The position numbers and the translations under genes are program-made. Below the pieces are notes generated by a model, which was not told the DNA's origin, searched no databases, and worked only from the letters and a program-made list of their open reading frames with translations. From Vulcanimicrobiota bacterium (lineage in GTDB: Bacteria > Vulcanimicrobiota > Xenobia > Xenobiales > JADMJV01): a stretch of 64,000 nucleotides of DNA. The stretch lies in NCBI GenBank assembly GCA_050250895.1, contig JBFWNU010000001.1:3379557-3443556 (forward strand), in the 5' to 3' direction. Within the stretch, counting starts at the first letter, position 1; each line of letters begins with the position of its first letter. Below are positions 1 through 10,038 of this stretch, piece by piece.

Positions 1-2
1 CC

Positions 3-1865
3 TACCCCGATCTAGCCTATCTGAATGGCTCTGAAGTTCGCCTGGCCCTGGGGGACGGGGCCGGTGGGTTTGGGCCATCCCAGGTGGTGGCTACCCTGCC
101 TTCTGGTTTCGGAGTCTGGGAGGGCCTGAGTCGCCTGGATGCCAATCACGACGGAATTCCCGATCTGGTGACCCAGCAGCGTTTCTCGAACCAGTTCGGA
201 GCTCTTTTGCTCAAAGGCGATGGTGCCGGAGCGTTTGCCCAGGCGACGTCGGTTACCCTGCCCGGATCGGCGGCAAGTCTACGGACGGCGCGAGTCGACG
301 GGAACGAGTTTCCGGACTTCGTCAGTCTATCCAGAGATGGAAGTCCGACTACGTTCAAGCTCAATGTCGTGTTGGATGATGGAACCTCCGCCTCAACGGA
401 TTTAGGGTCGCTTAAGATCTTGAGTTACGGGCTGGGGGACTGGAACGGGGACGGCTTCGACGACCTCGTCATCGGCTTGTATCAGGGCGGGGTGCGTTTG
501 TATCTCGGGGACGGGTCGGGGACCTTTTCTCTGGCCGATGAGATCGTAACGACAGCAAGCGCCACCGAGCCTATCCTGGCCGATGTCACCGGGGATTTGG
601 TAACCGATCTGGTGGTGGATCTTCAGGACCGCCTGGTGCTGCTTCGCGGCAATGGTGTCGACCTCGGCATTCCACCCGAGACAGTCTTCCCCGGGTCTCT
701 TCAAGGTCCGCTGCGCTTGGTCGACGCTAACGGCGATGACAGGCCGGACCTTTTCGCTGTGGCCACCTTGGACCTGACCAGGAAGGGCGAAGCTATGGTG
801 CTGCTCGGCACCGGAGACGGCTCCTTCTGGGCCTCGTCCCGCTCGGCCGGTATCGTCGGGCTTGGTGACTTTCTTGGGGACCTGCTGTTAGATGTGGCGG
901 TGGCGCAGTCGACTCCGTTCGTTACCCTCGTTCCGGGCGCGAACCCAGGCGTTGCGGGCTTTCAGCCAGGCATCGTGCCTGAGAACGCCCTCTACGAAGA
1001 TTTCAATGGTGACGGCAAGCTCGATATTTTGCTACAGCGCTCCGATAGCGTGGGAGAACTCTGGCTCGGGGCCAACTTTGCCACCAACTTCGCGGCGCCG
1101 GTGGGCCCTGGAAAGGCGGCCGACCTCGACCTCGATGGTGACCTCGATCTGGTAACCTACGATGAAAGTGGTCTAAAGACTTACCGTAACGATGGACACG
1201 GCGGCTATACCCTGAGCGGCACTCTGCCCCTGAGCGGAAACCGCAAGTTCATCGAACTAGCCGATCTCAATCAGGACGGGTTGCCCGATCTGGTGATCTC
1301 AAGAACGTGGGAACGCGAGATCGACGTTGCCCTCAATCAGGGCGGAAGCTTCACCGTCTCGCACATCCTGTCGGCGCCGTCCCCTCCCGCTTCGCCGGTC
1401 GGCCCGGTGAAGGTGACCGATTTCAACCAGGACGGCAAGCCAGACCTGTTGGTGTCCATGGTGGGGCCCTACCACGCGTTCGGACTCTACGCCCTCGACG
1501 CTGTGGACGAGGATTTTCGCTCTCCGACCGGGACAGCGGCGCTTGACAGGGTTGGCATCACTGGCCTCGACTACTGGGGAGGGACCGGCACCGGCAACTT
1601 TTTCTATGGGACCCATTTTGACCTGAAGCATTCACCGGATACTTGCTTTGAAGTGGCAGACATCACCGGAGATGGAAAGTTGGACCTGTTGGTCGGACGG
1701 TCGTCCTACTCGGTGGTGTCGCTCTATACGCGTGCTTTGGGTGGAAGCTTCGAACACGTCGCCAATTGGATTTCACCCGGCGGACTCGGAGCGGTCGGAG
1801 ATACCAATGGAGATGGACGATTCGACCTGGTCGGCGGCAATGGCTCCGTTCTGCTGGGGCGATAG
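3..1865 (+). CDS. FG-GAP/VCBS repeat protein (5'-truncated by window edge)
   Basis: Many DxNGDGxxDL repeats (DWNGDGFDDL, DFNGDGKLDI, DLNQDGLPDL). The frame is open from position 3, upstream of the ORF-track start at 84. Confidence 0.88.
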   Translation, partial: YPDLAYLNGSEVRLALGDGAGGFGPSQVVATLPSGFGVWEGLSRLDANHDGIPDLVTQQRFSNQFGALLLKGDGAGAFAQATSVTLPGSAASLRTARVDGNEFPDFVSLSRDGSPTTFKLNVVLDDGTSASTDLGSLKILSYGLGDWNGDGFDDLVIGLYQGGVRLYLGDGSGTFSLADEIVTTASATEPILADVTGDLVTDLVVDLQDRLVLLRGNGVDLGIPPETVFPGSLQGPLRLVDANGDDRPDLFAVATLDLTRKGEAMVLLGTGDGSFWASSRSAGIVGLGDFLGDLLLDVAVAQSTPFVTLVPGANPGVAGFQPGIVPENALYEDFNGDGKLDILLQRSDSVGELWLGANFATNFAAPVGPGKAADLDLDGDLDLVTYDESGLKTYRNDGHGGYTLSGTLPLSGNRKFIELADLNQDGLPDLVISRTWEREIDVALNQGGSFTVSHILSAPSPPASPVGPVKVTDFNQDGKPDLLVSMVGPYHAFGLYALDAVDEDFRSPTGTAALDRVGITGLDYWGGTGTGNFFYGTHFDLKHSPDTCFEVADITGDGKLDLLVGRSSYSVVSLYTRALGGSFEHVANWISPGGLGAVGDTNGDGRFDLVGGNGSVLLGR

Positions 1866-1902
1866 GCCAGGGTTTTCAACTTTCGCGGAGTAATTGGACT
1901 GT

Positions 1903-4485
1903 ATGCGCCTTGTAGCCAGGGTGTCTGCTTTAATAGCGTATCTGCTGCTCGCGGCCTGCACGAATAGCCCGCTCGGCTTTGGGTCTGCTCCCGAAATGGG
2001 CACCGTCAACCTGGCCCCCGATCTGGTCCGCGACGGGCCCACGGGCACCCAGGTCGGTCTCTCTCAGCAAGCGGTCGGAGGCGAGCGCTACGTGGTCTTC
2101 CACACCGCCGACGCCCTGGTCGCCGAAGACACCAATGGGGTCGACGATGTCTATCTCAGAGACCTCGAGACCGGTCAGCTCGAGTTCATCAGTCGCACCC
2201 CGGGAGGAGCGGCCGGCAACGCGGCCAGCGCCTGGGCCACCGTCAGCATCGACGGGCGGATGGTGGCCTTCGAGTCGCGGGCCAGCGACCTGGTGACCGG
2301 CGACACCAACGGTTATCAAGACATCTTCGTGCGCGATCGCCAGGCCGGCACCACCACCCTCATCAGCCATCCAACCACTGGCGAGTCCGACGGCGACAGC
2401 CTCGACGCCCAGGTGGCCGGGCTCGGTTTGGCGGTGGTCTTCGCCTCGGGGGCCACCAACCTGGTGTCCGGCGACAGCAACGGCCACATCGATTGCTTTC
2501 ACTACAACCTGGGCACGGGTGCCCTGCAGCGCATCAGCCTCGACCGTGACGGCAACGAAGTGGTGGGCTCGGATTGCCTCGACCCGTCCATCTCTTACAC
2601 CGGCAACCAGGCTGTCTACACGTCGGCCGGCACCAACCTGCCGGGCTATAACGGCTATCGTCAAGTCTATGGCCTGCGCCTCAAGAACAGCAAGCCGTTC
2701 TTGCTGAGCTATCGCCCGGATCGCCAAGCCGGTTCCGGAGATTGCGCCTCTCCCACCATCTCGGCCTATGCCAAGCGGGTGGTGTTCACCTCGACGGCCG
2801 AAGACATCAGCCCCTCTGACGCCAACGGCAAGGCCGACATTTTTCTCTTCAACCTCGAGGTTTCTACCGGGCCCGCCCTGGTCTCGCTCAACGGGGACGG
2901 GCAACAACTCGATGATGATTGCACGGTCTCGGCGCTCAGCGGCGATGGCACCCGGGTCGCCTTCATCACCAGCGCCACCAACGTGGTCGCCGCCGACAGC
3001 GACAGCCAGCCCGACGCTTACCTGCGCGACCTCGACAGCGGCGAGGTCTGGCTGATGAGCCAGAATGTCGACGGCGAAAAGGCCAACGGTCCCAGTGGCG
3101 GGCTCAGCCTTTCGCTCTCGGGCGAGGGAGTGGCCTTCGGCAGCACCGCCACCAACCTGGCCGAGAGCTACCTTGTGCCGGGGGTCTACTGGCGCAAGCT
3201 CGGCTCGACCCTGGTGCTCAGCTCGGATGCCCCCTTTGTTTCCGAGCTGACCCTATCTCCTGAAGAGGCCAATCTGACCGTAAGCGCCACCCAACAGTTC
3301 ACCGCCCTGGCCGACGGGGTCGATGTCTCGGCCGACTGCAAGTGGACGTCGAGTGACGAGGCCATCGCGACCGTCTCCGCGGAGGGCCTGGTGACCGGCG
3401 TCAGTGGCGGCGAGGTCACCATCCGGGCCATCTACGGAGGGCATCTGGTCGAGGAGTCCCTGCGAATTCGGCCGATGCTGGTGCTGACGCCATCGAACTA
3501 CCTCTTCAATATCGATATCAACGGTCAGGTCACCGAGCTAGCCACCACCAGCACCGGCGGCTGGACCTCGGTCCTGGACCCGGCCGGTCGCTACCTGTAC
3601 GTGCGCACCACGAATGCCCTCGAAACCTGGGAACTCGGCCTCGACGTCAGCCTGACGCGAGTGCACACGCTACCGTTGGAGACGGCTAAACGCATGCGAA
3701 TGATCGTGGACCCCCTGAATCGCTTTCTGTTCGTGTACGAACCCGAGCTTGACCGTTTAGACAGTTATCGCCTCGGTCCGACCGGCGAACTTGAGCTGAT
3801 TCAATCAATCTCGGTCTTTGTGTTTAACCCGCCTTCGAATCGTCCCCACAAGATGGTGTGTTCGCCCGATGGCCACTACTTATATTTTGTGCACCCGTAT
3901 TACTCGGCTCTTAACCCGTTTCGAATCGAGAGCGACGGCCGCCTGACGGTCCTGGCCGCGGAGATCGATGACAGTGTTCAGCTTTTACTCGTCGACAAGA
4001 CCAGAAATCTTCTCTACACTTTAGACTATTCGCTGCCGCCGAAGCTGAATTGGTATCGCATCGGGTCCGACGGCTACCCGCTTCTGCAAGGCTCGATGGC
4101 TTTGGATGTCTCTTGGGGACGGACCTTCGACACGCCAGACATCGCTCTTGCGCCTGACGGCAGTTATCTGTTTCTTCTTTACGCGCTTAGAGACACCGCT
4201 GGTGAGCCCTCGCTCTATGACGGGACACTCCACGCGCTGCGACTCGACACCGATGGTACTCCGACCCATCTCGAGCCGGCCCTGCGAGGGTCGACGGCCG
4301 GAGATTGGTTGTGTGTGACCAGTGATAGCAAGAAAGTCGTCTTCTCGGAAGACTACTACCAATACTTCCAACCTCCCAACATCGGCCGCAATCAAAAGAT
4401 TTCATTCGTGTCGGTCGACGAGGACGGTGGACTCTCCGTGTCGCAAGAGTTCGTCCGCTCCGGCCGGCTTCTGCCCACACCCTAA
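1903..4485 (+). CDS. Lipoprotein with TolB/PD40-like propeller, Big_2 Ig domain and C-terminal lactonase-like beta-propeller
   Basis: Lipobox LLLAAC, repeats SxDGRxVAF..ASDLVxGDTNG..DIFVRD, Ig motif WTSSDEAIATVS..GLVTGV, and C-terminal DPxGRYLY repeats. Confidence 0.85.
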   Translation: MRLVARVSALIAYLLLAACTNSPLGFGSAPEMGTVNLAPDLVRDGPTGTQVGLSQQAVGGERYVVFHTADALVAEDTNGVDDVYLRDLETGQLEFISRTPGGAAGNAASAWATVSIDGRMVAFESRASDLVTGDTNGYQDIFVRDRQAGTTTLISHPTTGESDGDSLDAQVAGLGLAVVFASGATNLVSGDSNGHIDCFHYNLGTGALQRISLDRDGNEVVGSDCLDPSISYTGNQAVYTSAGTNLPGYNGYRQVYGLRLKNSKPFLLSYRPDRQAGSGDCASPTISAYAKRVVFTSTAEDISPSDANGKADIFLFNLEVSTGPALVSLNGDGQQLDDDCTVSALSGDGTRVAFITSATNVVAADSDSQPDAYLRDLDSGEVWLMSQNVDGEKANGPSGGLSLSLSGEGVAFGSTATNLAESYLVPGVYWRKLGSTLVLSSDAPFVSELTLSPEEANLTVSATQQFTALADGVDVSADCKWTSSDEAIATVSAEGLVTGVSGGEVTIRAIYGGHLVEESLRIRPMLVLTPSNYLFNIDINGQVTELATTSTGGWTSVLDPAGRYLYVRTTNALETWELGLDVSLTRVHTLPLETAKRMRMIVDPLNRFLFVYEPELDRLDSYRLGPTGELELIQSISVFVFNPPSNRPHKMVCSPDGHYLYFVHPYYSALNPFRIESDGRLTVLAAEIDDSVQLLLVDKTRNLLYTLDYSLPPKLNWYRIGSDGYPLLQGSMALDVSWGRTFDTPDIALAPDGSYLFLLYALRDTAGEPSLYDGTLHALRLDTDGTPTHLEPALRGSTAGDWLCVTSDSKKVVFSEDYYQYFQPPNIGRNQKISFVSVDEDGGLSVSQEFVRSGRLLPTP

Positions 4486-4778
4486 AGCTGGAGCAGGCCG
4501 GCCCGGGTCAGCAGCTTCAGCACGCGTTGGACCTGGCTGGACTCTTTGAGGACCACCAGGCGCTTGCCCGAGGCTCGCAGTTCAGCCGACAGTTCGCCCA
4601 GCAGGTGGGCTCCGGCCGAGTCGATGAAGTCGACCTCTTCGAGGTCGAGGCCGACCGCCTGTTCGCGGTGGGCCAGGCGTTCGACCTCGCGGCGCAGGTA
4701 CTCGCGGCTGGCGCGGTCGAGTTCGCCCCGGGCCTGAACCACAGGCAGGCCGTGGATGGTGGATTGCTTGACTAGCAA
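4482..4778 (-). CDS. STAS domain anti-sigma-factor antagonist
   Basis: GELD..., LDLEEVDFIDSAG motif containing the phosphorylatable Ser. Confidence 0.88.
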   Translation of the reverse strand: MLVKQSTIHGLPVVQARGELDRASREYLRREVERLAHREQAVGLDLEEVDFIDSAGAHLLGELSAELRASGKRLVVLKESSQVQRVLKLLTRAGLLQL

Positions 4779-4852
4779 AATGACAACTCCCTTCCCAGCC
4801 TTCTAACCGGCCAGAGCCGGAAAGGATTCCCGTGGCAGAGCGAAAACCATAA

Positions 4853-5188
4853 TTGATGACAGCATTCGACCGCGACAGGGCTCTCAAGACCTTCGGAAGT
4901 ACCGAGGTGCTGCGCGAGGCCGGGCGGGTCTATCTGGAAGAGGCGGCCGGTATGTTCGAGCGCATCCGAAAAGCCGCCGAAGCTCGCGATTTTGGCGAGC
5001 TGCGCGAGAGCGCCCACTGGATCAAAGGCGGCATGACCTATCTGCACGCCGCTGCGGCCGCCGACCTCGCCCGCTCTATCGAAGAGTTGGCCAAAGCCGA
5101 GCAGGTCGAGGGGCTCGACCAGGCGGTAGCGCGGCTGGGCGACGAGATGAAGGCCCTGGAAGAAGAGCTGCGAGCCGAGGGTTGGTAG
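4853..5188 (+). CDS. Hpt histidine phosphotransfer protein
   Basis: AHWIKGG matches the Hpt motif (AHxLKG); helical 111-aa protein. Confidence 0.85.
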   Translation: MMTAFDRDRALKTFGSTEVLREAGRVYLEEAAGMFERIRKAAEARDFGELRESAHWIKGGMTYLHAAAAADLARSIEELAKAEQVEGLDQAVARLGDEMKALEEELRAEGW

Positions 5189-5302
5189 CTACGGGCGTTC
5201 GTCCCCAGGCGGTCCAGCTAGCGCAGTAAACTTTTAACGAATGTCAGCGGGCTGTAAGTAGCCCGTTGGCTGACTGACACCCGCCTGCCCTAGACTGTCG
5301 GC

Positions 5303-6709
5303 ATGATGATCGGAAAGCCACTCACCCGCGCGACCTCTCGCCCGACCGTTCGAAGCCACCAAGCCGAGAACCTCGGGACCATTCAGGAGATGGTCGAGAT
5401 TCGGCGGCAGGAACCGGGACTGCAAATGGCCGCCTGGGTCGAACTCGCCCAACGCAGGCTCGACCAAACCGAGGCAGCCCTGCAAGGGATGAAGACGATT
5501 CCGGGGCTCTGTCTGCGCCAGCAATGGGCTCTCCAGAGGCTCGAGCGGCGGGCCGCCAGAGCGGAGTGTCAAACCGATCGCCTGGCCGCAATTCGAGGCG
5601 GTATCACGGTGCTGGCCAGCTTGCCGACCGATGAGCTACACTCAGCGGCGGTCGGCAAAGCGGCCTACCGGTTGGTGGCCCGCTCGAACGAGGAGGCGCC
5701 CACGGTTCGTCGCACCGTTCTCGAGTCTGGCATCGACACGCTCTACGATGTGGTAGGCATTGGCACCAACCCTCACGTCAAAACCGAACTGCCTCTGCAG
5801 GGCTCGCCCGACGACCCCCTCTTCATGACCGATCTTTTGAGCCTGGACCCCGACTTCCGGGGCCTTCCCCAGCAGGCAAGGCGGAACCCCCCGGGGTTGC
5901 CCCAACCGCTGAAGCCCTCGGGGCAGCCCATCACCCCTCGGATGAGAGCCCTGATGAGCACCCGCCAGGAGGCCATCATAGCCCTCGAGCGAGCCAATCG
6001 CAGGGATGAACTGGCCTCGCGGCCGGACCTGATCCAGGACCGAAACTACGTCATCCAGGGGCTTAGAGAATTCGATGACGCGACCCTTCTCGAAGTCCTC
6101 GGTCGAGCCCCCCGGGTGCAGGCGGGCACAGCTAGCCTGAGTGGCCCTGACCGAGTCGGGAGGTGGTTGGCGTGGGGCGTCTCCGCGACGGCCTGGGCGC
6201 TGGTCCCCGCCCTCGGTCTGGCCCTGGGCCAGGTGGTGGGTCAAACGACGAACCTTGCCTCGATTCCTGACGGGCTAGAAATAGCCGGCTTTCTCGGGGG
6301 GTTCCTGGGCACTGTACCGGGAGTCCTGCTAAGCCACGTTGCCGGAATCTGTTGGCGCGAGCAAGTCGAATACGCGCAGTCCCAGGGTGCAAAGGTGATG
6401 CGCGGAGAGCCCCTGATCATTTCGGCCCTGGAGGCCTCAGCCGATCTACCACCTGTGCAACAATCAGGGCTGCAATTCTCCAGGCAAGAGATTCTTCAGG
6501 CGGCGGCCGCCGAACTGGCAAAGAGCCAGACCGCCGACGAGATTCGGGAGCGCTCGACGCACCTGCGACTGCTCGAAAGGGCGCCCGGCGCCAATGCCGC
6601 GGAAATCCACGACTGGTTGCTGACGAACAAATTCGGGCAGTCGGCTTCCCTACTGCGAGCCGCGGTCGACGCCATGCTTGCCGACCAAAGCCCGGAATCC
6701 AAGCCCTGA
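5303..6709 (+). CDS. Hypothetical protein with two hydrophobic segments
   Basis: 468-aa ORF with two TM-like stretches around aa 290-350; no recognised motif. Confidence 0.65.
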   Translation: MMIGKPLTRATSRPTVRSHQAENLGTIQEMVEIRRQEPGLQMAAWVELAQRRLDQTEAALQGMKTIPGLCLRQQWALQRLERRAARAECQTDRLAAIRGGITVLASLPTDELHSAAVGKAAYRLVARSNEEAPTVRRTVLESGIDTLYDVVGIGTNPHVKTELPLQGSPDDPLFMTDLLSLDPDFRGLPQQARRNPPGLPQPLKPSGQPITPRMRALMSTRQEAIIALERANRRDELASRPDLIQDRNYVIQGLREFDDATLLEVLGRAPRVQAGTASLSGPDRVGRWLAWGVSATAWALVPALGLALGQVVGQTTNLASIPDGLEIAGFLGGFLGTVPGVLLSHVAGICWREQVEYAQSQGAKVMRGEPLIISALEASADLPPVQQSGLQFSRQEILQAAAAELAKSQTADEIRERSTHLRLLERAPGANAAEIHDWLLTNKFGQSASLLRAAVDAMLADQSPESKP

Positions 6710-6766
6710 CCCGGCAGGGCGGGCTTCGAGGTTTTTCTGACGGACGGCGCTGCGAGTCCGAGGATG

Positions 6767-6794
6767 AAAAGGCCCCCGTCCGAAGACGGGGGCC
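6767..6794 (-). terminator. Intrinsic terminator on the minus strand
   Basis: Minus strand reads GGCCCCCGTC-TTCG-GACGGGGGCC-TTTT: perfect 10-bp stem, cUUCGg loop and U tract. Confidence 0.75.
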
Positions 6795-6850
6795 ACTAGC
6801 ACCGGGCTCGGGGGGGGGCTTCGCCCTGCGTGCCAGTGAAGCACTCTTTC
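6767..6850 (-). ncRNA. Candidate structured small RNA
   Basis: Stem CACTGGCAC/GTGCTAGTG encloses a GGGC-GAA-GCCC hairpin and a C-run, directly followed by the minus-strand terminator. No credible minus-strand CDS here. The 5' end is uncertain. Confidence 0.4.
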
Positions 6851-6907
6851 TCAAAGAAGAAATTTGCCCTTCAGCGATTAGGCAAAAAGCTGGATTTGTT
6901 TTCAATG

Positions 6908-6935
6908 TTAACCTGGCTGTAACAATCTCGCAATC
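6908..6935 (+). promoter_or_regulatory. 11-bp-phased direct-repeat motif (OmpR/GlnR-like site)
   Basis: TTAACC-n5-GTAACA-n5-GCAATC; near-copy at 11755-11782. Confidence 0.4.
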
Positions 6936-7108
6936 CCAATCCTGGCGTGAAAGGGGCGGCTCTGACTTGAAAGTGCCGGGGGCAAAGTTTGTTTCAGTAG
7001 GTGGAATTTTCTGACACTCAAGCCATCGATTTCCATTCGGTCGATTTGCGCCTGTTTAGATTTTCCAACAGGCAGGGAGGCCGGACGGGCCGCCTTGAAG
7101 TGCGCCCC

Positions 7109-7789
7109 ATGTCCGACTACGGTTGGGATGCCATTCGCGAAGGTGAGGCTCCCGGGCAATTGGTCCTGGATCCCGAGACGCGGCTCGAGAGTGCGGTGGT
7201 CAGCCTCGGCGTGTTCTCGTTTTTGCTGGGGTTTGTCGGCTTGCTCAACGCTTATGCCAGGCACCTGGGCTGGTTGGATGCCTCGCTCTGGCTGACGGTG
7301 GCGGCTCTGGGGGCCGGGCTGGTGTTCTTGCGCAACCGCCTCGACGACCACTACGTACTCGATTTCGACCGTCGAGAAGTGCGTTTTCATCGCTACTTCT
7401 TCAGCCACCGGGTGCAGCGTCTGTCGTGCCACTTTGACCAGGTCGAGGCGCTGGTGCTTGAGCCGAGGCCGCGCGCCAACAGTCGGGGCCTTCACTGGGA
7501 TTACGGCCTGACGGTCTTCGCCCTGAACCGGCGCCGCATTCGGGTCCTGCCGGCCTGCGAGCCTGACTATGAAACGGTGGCTCGAGCCGGGCGGATGGTA
7601 TCCGAGCGGATGACGGTGCCTTTCTTCGAGGGTGAGGCGGAGAAGCAACTTCGGGTCGAGGCCCGGCCCGAGGGCAGACGCTTCAGCTACCACCCCTACT
7701 CGACCCTCCCGGGCGTGATCGCGGCTTTCGTGGTGCTGGGCTTTCTGGTCTTCGTAGTCGTCGGCATCTGGTGGTCCGGGTCACGGTGA
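7109..7789 (+). CDS. Hypothetical membrane protein
   Basis: Three TM-like segments; stop overlaps the next start (GTGA). Confidence 0.7.
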   Translation: MSDYGWDAIREGEAPGQLVLDPETRLESAVVSLGVFSFLLGFVGLLNAYARHLGWLDASLWLTVAALGAGLVFLRNRLDDHYVLDFDRREVRFHRYFFSHRVQRLSCHFDQVEALVLEPRPRANSRGLHWDYGLTVFALNRRRIRVLPACEPDYETVARAGRMVSERMTVPFFEGEAEKQLRVEARPEGRRFSYHPYSTLPGVIAAFVVLGFLVFVVVGIWWSGSR

Positions 7790-10038
7790 AGTTCAAGCAG
7801 TGGGTGGGCGAGCAGGCTGCCGACCTGGTCGTGCACGAGTGTCCCGGGCTGCTGGGATTTCGGCGTAAACTGGCGGATGTTTACTGTTGGGTGATTTTCC
7901 GCTCGACCTCCAAAGAGGATTTTTTTCTGGCCAGAGTTGGCAGCTCGTACATGGGCACGCTCGAGCTGGCCTGGCCTTTCACCCCCTTCACGGTAACGCG
8001 TGAATTCGAGGTTCCCGGCCGTCCGGCGTGGCTCGACCAGCTCGAGGAGATCTTTGGGGCGACCCGCGAGCAGCTTCTGGCCGACGCCGAGGTGCGCAAG
8101 GTCATCTCGAGGGCGGCCGCCGGCGGGGGTAGGGTAGACGCTGGCTTGCTCGAGCAATACGAGGACGAATTCGTAGGCTATCTGGCCGGCTACCTGGACC
8201 AGACCGAGAAGCTCGAGCGTCCCCCCGAACTCGATAGCTTCTTGGAACAACTTAAGTCTGAGGGGGCCAAAGAGTCAGAAGGTGCCTTTACGGTCGACAT
8301 CCGCAAAGCTCGCGAGAAGTTGCGCGAGTATCAGCTCGCTTCGCCGGCCGAATTCGTGGTTCACCTGCTGGCGGCCGGTGCGGCCGGCCGGGCCCGCCAG
8401 GTCGAGGTTCACGTCGATGCTGACGACCTCATCGTCGAGTTGGATGTGGCCAGCCTGGACGAGGCCGAACTCGACGCCCTGGTGGGCGTGCTGATGCAGG
8501 CCGACCTCGAACCCCGAACGATGATGAAGCAAGAGCTAGTGCTGGCCCTCAATTCGGCCAGTCAGCTCGGGCCGCGCTGGCTGCGCCTCGACAGCGGCGC
8601 CTGGCGGCGAGATTTGACCCAGGGCTGGGACGAGCCACTTCAGCCCCTCGACCCGCCGGTCTCGGGGATGCGAGTGCACTTTCGCCGGCCCCTGGGGCTC
8701 GAAGTGGTCGATCGGTTTCTCCGGGCTCTGGCCAGGGAACATCCCGAGTTCGACGTCATCCGCCGGCGCTGTCCGCATCTGCCGATGCCGGTCCGAATGG
8801 GTGACAAAGAGTTATCGAGCCCGATCGATTGCTCGGCCTTTGGGGCCGTCTGGTATTTCATCCATCCGCACTGCCCCCTCTGGCTGGAAGGTCGAGCGGC
8901 TCACCATTTCGAGTTCGCCTCACCGGGACCATACTCGATTCTGGTCGGGCTGCAAGGTCCCAGCAACGACCTGGTGGTGCAGCGCAACGGTCTGGTGTAT
9001 GAACGTCCCGAGGTGGACTCTCGGTTGCCCTTCGTGGTGGTCGAAGCCCCGAATCTGCCCACCGATCTTTCCCATCAGAAGCTGGTGGATTCTCAGGTCT
9101 TTCAGCGTTTTTGCAAGCATCTCGAAGAGGTCGAGAAGCAAGTCATCGAGCAGACCGTCGAGGAGTTGGCTCAAGAATGCCGGGATCAGATCCTGGCCTG
9201 GGCCATCCAGGGGGTTCGAGCCGCCCAGTCGGTGCCTTGCGTGCCTCGCCTGGGCAGCACGCCGCTGAGCTGGAGAGTCTTTCTGGGCCAGTCGGAGCGC
9301 GAGCGATTCTACACCACCCGGGAGTGGGCTCACCCGCCTTTGCCCGGCGACCTGATCTATTCGATCGCCGAGAGCAACCTCAAAGCCGTCGGCCGTAAGC
9401 TCATTTTGACCTGTGCCGATGACCGGCTGGAGAAGGCTCAACAATGGTGGACCCGGCATCAGCAGTGGCTCGAGCTTGCGCCGGCCCCGGTGGCTCTCGA
9501 GCTGCCCTGTTTGTCCACCACCCGCACCGAGTTGTCGGACGCCGTCACCCTGTTGATGGGCCTGCAGCAGGTCAAAGTTCCCGGGGCTCTGGGCTCGGTG
9601 CTCGAGCTGCGCGCCCAGGGACGACCGCTCGAGACCATCCCGGACGACCTCTTGCCGCGCGGCGTGGCGGCCAGCGTCAATGACCCTGAACTGCGCATGG
9701 ACTCGGATTGGAAGCATGTCGAGCGGGATGAGACCTTCGATAAGGTCATCGCTAACCTGCAAGCGCTACTGCCCGAACTCTATCGCAAGGCCGTGCAGGA
9801 ACACAGGGACAACCCCCAGTTGCGGATCCACCTGATCTACTACGCGGCCTTTTGTCTTGGCCGCTGGCACGAGATGCCACCGTGGTACTACGAGATCAAG
9901 CTCTTTACCCTCAAGAATGGGCGCGGTTTGAGCCTTGATGAATTGCAGCGGCGTATGGTCCACGGAAGCCTCGAATTGCGCAAGGACCCCTGGACACAAC
10001 CGGCCCTGGACCACCTGCTGAAAACGCTCTACCGCTAG
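7786..10038 (+). CDS. Hypothetical protein with an 'ESEGxFT..KAREKL' GHKL-like module
   Basis: Long ORF; segment ESEGAFTVDIRKAREKLREYQL resembles the N-terminus of 37296-38633. Confidence 0.7.
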   Translation: MKFKQWVGEQAADLVVHECPGLLGFRRKLADVYCWVIFRSTSKEDFFLARVGSSYMGTLELAWPFTPFTVTREFEVPGRPAWLDQLEEIFGATREQLLADAEVRKVISRAAAGGGRVDAGLLEQYEDEFVGYLAGYLDQTEKLERPPELDSFLEQLKSEGAKESEGAFTVDIRKAREKLREYQLASPAEFVVHLLAAGAAGRARQVEVHVDADDLIVELDVASLDEAELDALVGVLMQADLEPRTMMKQELVLALNSASQLGPRWLRLDSGAWRRDLTQGWDEPLQPLDPPVSGMRVHFRRPLGLEVVDRFLRALAREHPEFDVIRRRCPHLPMPVRMGDKELSSPIDCSAFGAVWYFIHPHCPLWLEGRAAHHFEFASPGPYSILVGLQGPSNDLVVQRNGLVYERPEVDSRLPFVVVEAPNLPTDLSHQKLVDSQVFQRFCKHLEEVEKQVIEQTVEELAQECRDQILAWAIQGVRAAQSVPCVPRLGSTPLSWRVFLGQSERERFYTTREWAHPPLPGDLIYSIAESNLKAVGRKLILTCADDRLEKAQQWWTRHQQWLELAPAPVALELPCLSTTRTELSDAVTLLMGLQQVKVPGALGSVLELRAQGRPLETIPDDLLPRGVAASVNDPELRMDSDWKHVERDETFDKVIANLQALLPELYRKAVQEHRDNPQLRIHLIYYAAFCLGRWHEMPPWYYEIKLFTLKNGRGLSLDELQRRMVHGSLELRKDPWTQPALDHLLKTLYR

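Noticed and set aside
6810-6875. c-di-GMP-I riboswitch (minus strand AGGGCAAA...GAAAGAGTG)
   Set aside because: Only a partial resemblance: the GACGCAAA segment and GNRA-capped stem are not in place, and no gene lies downstream.
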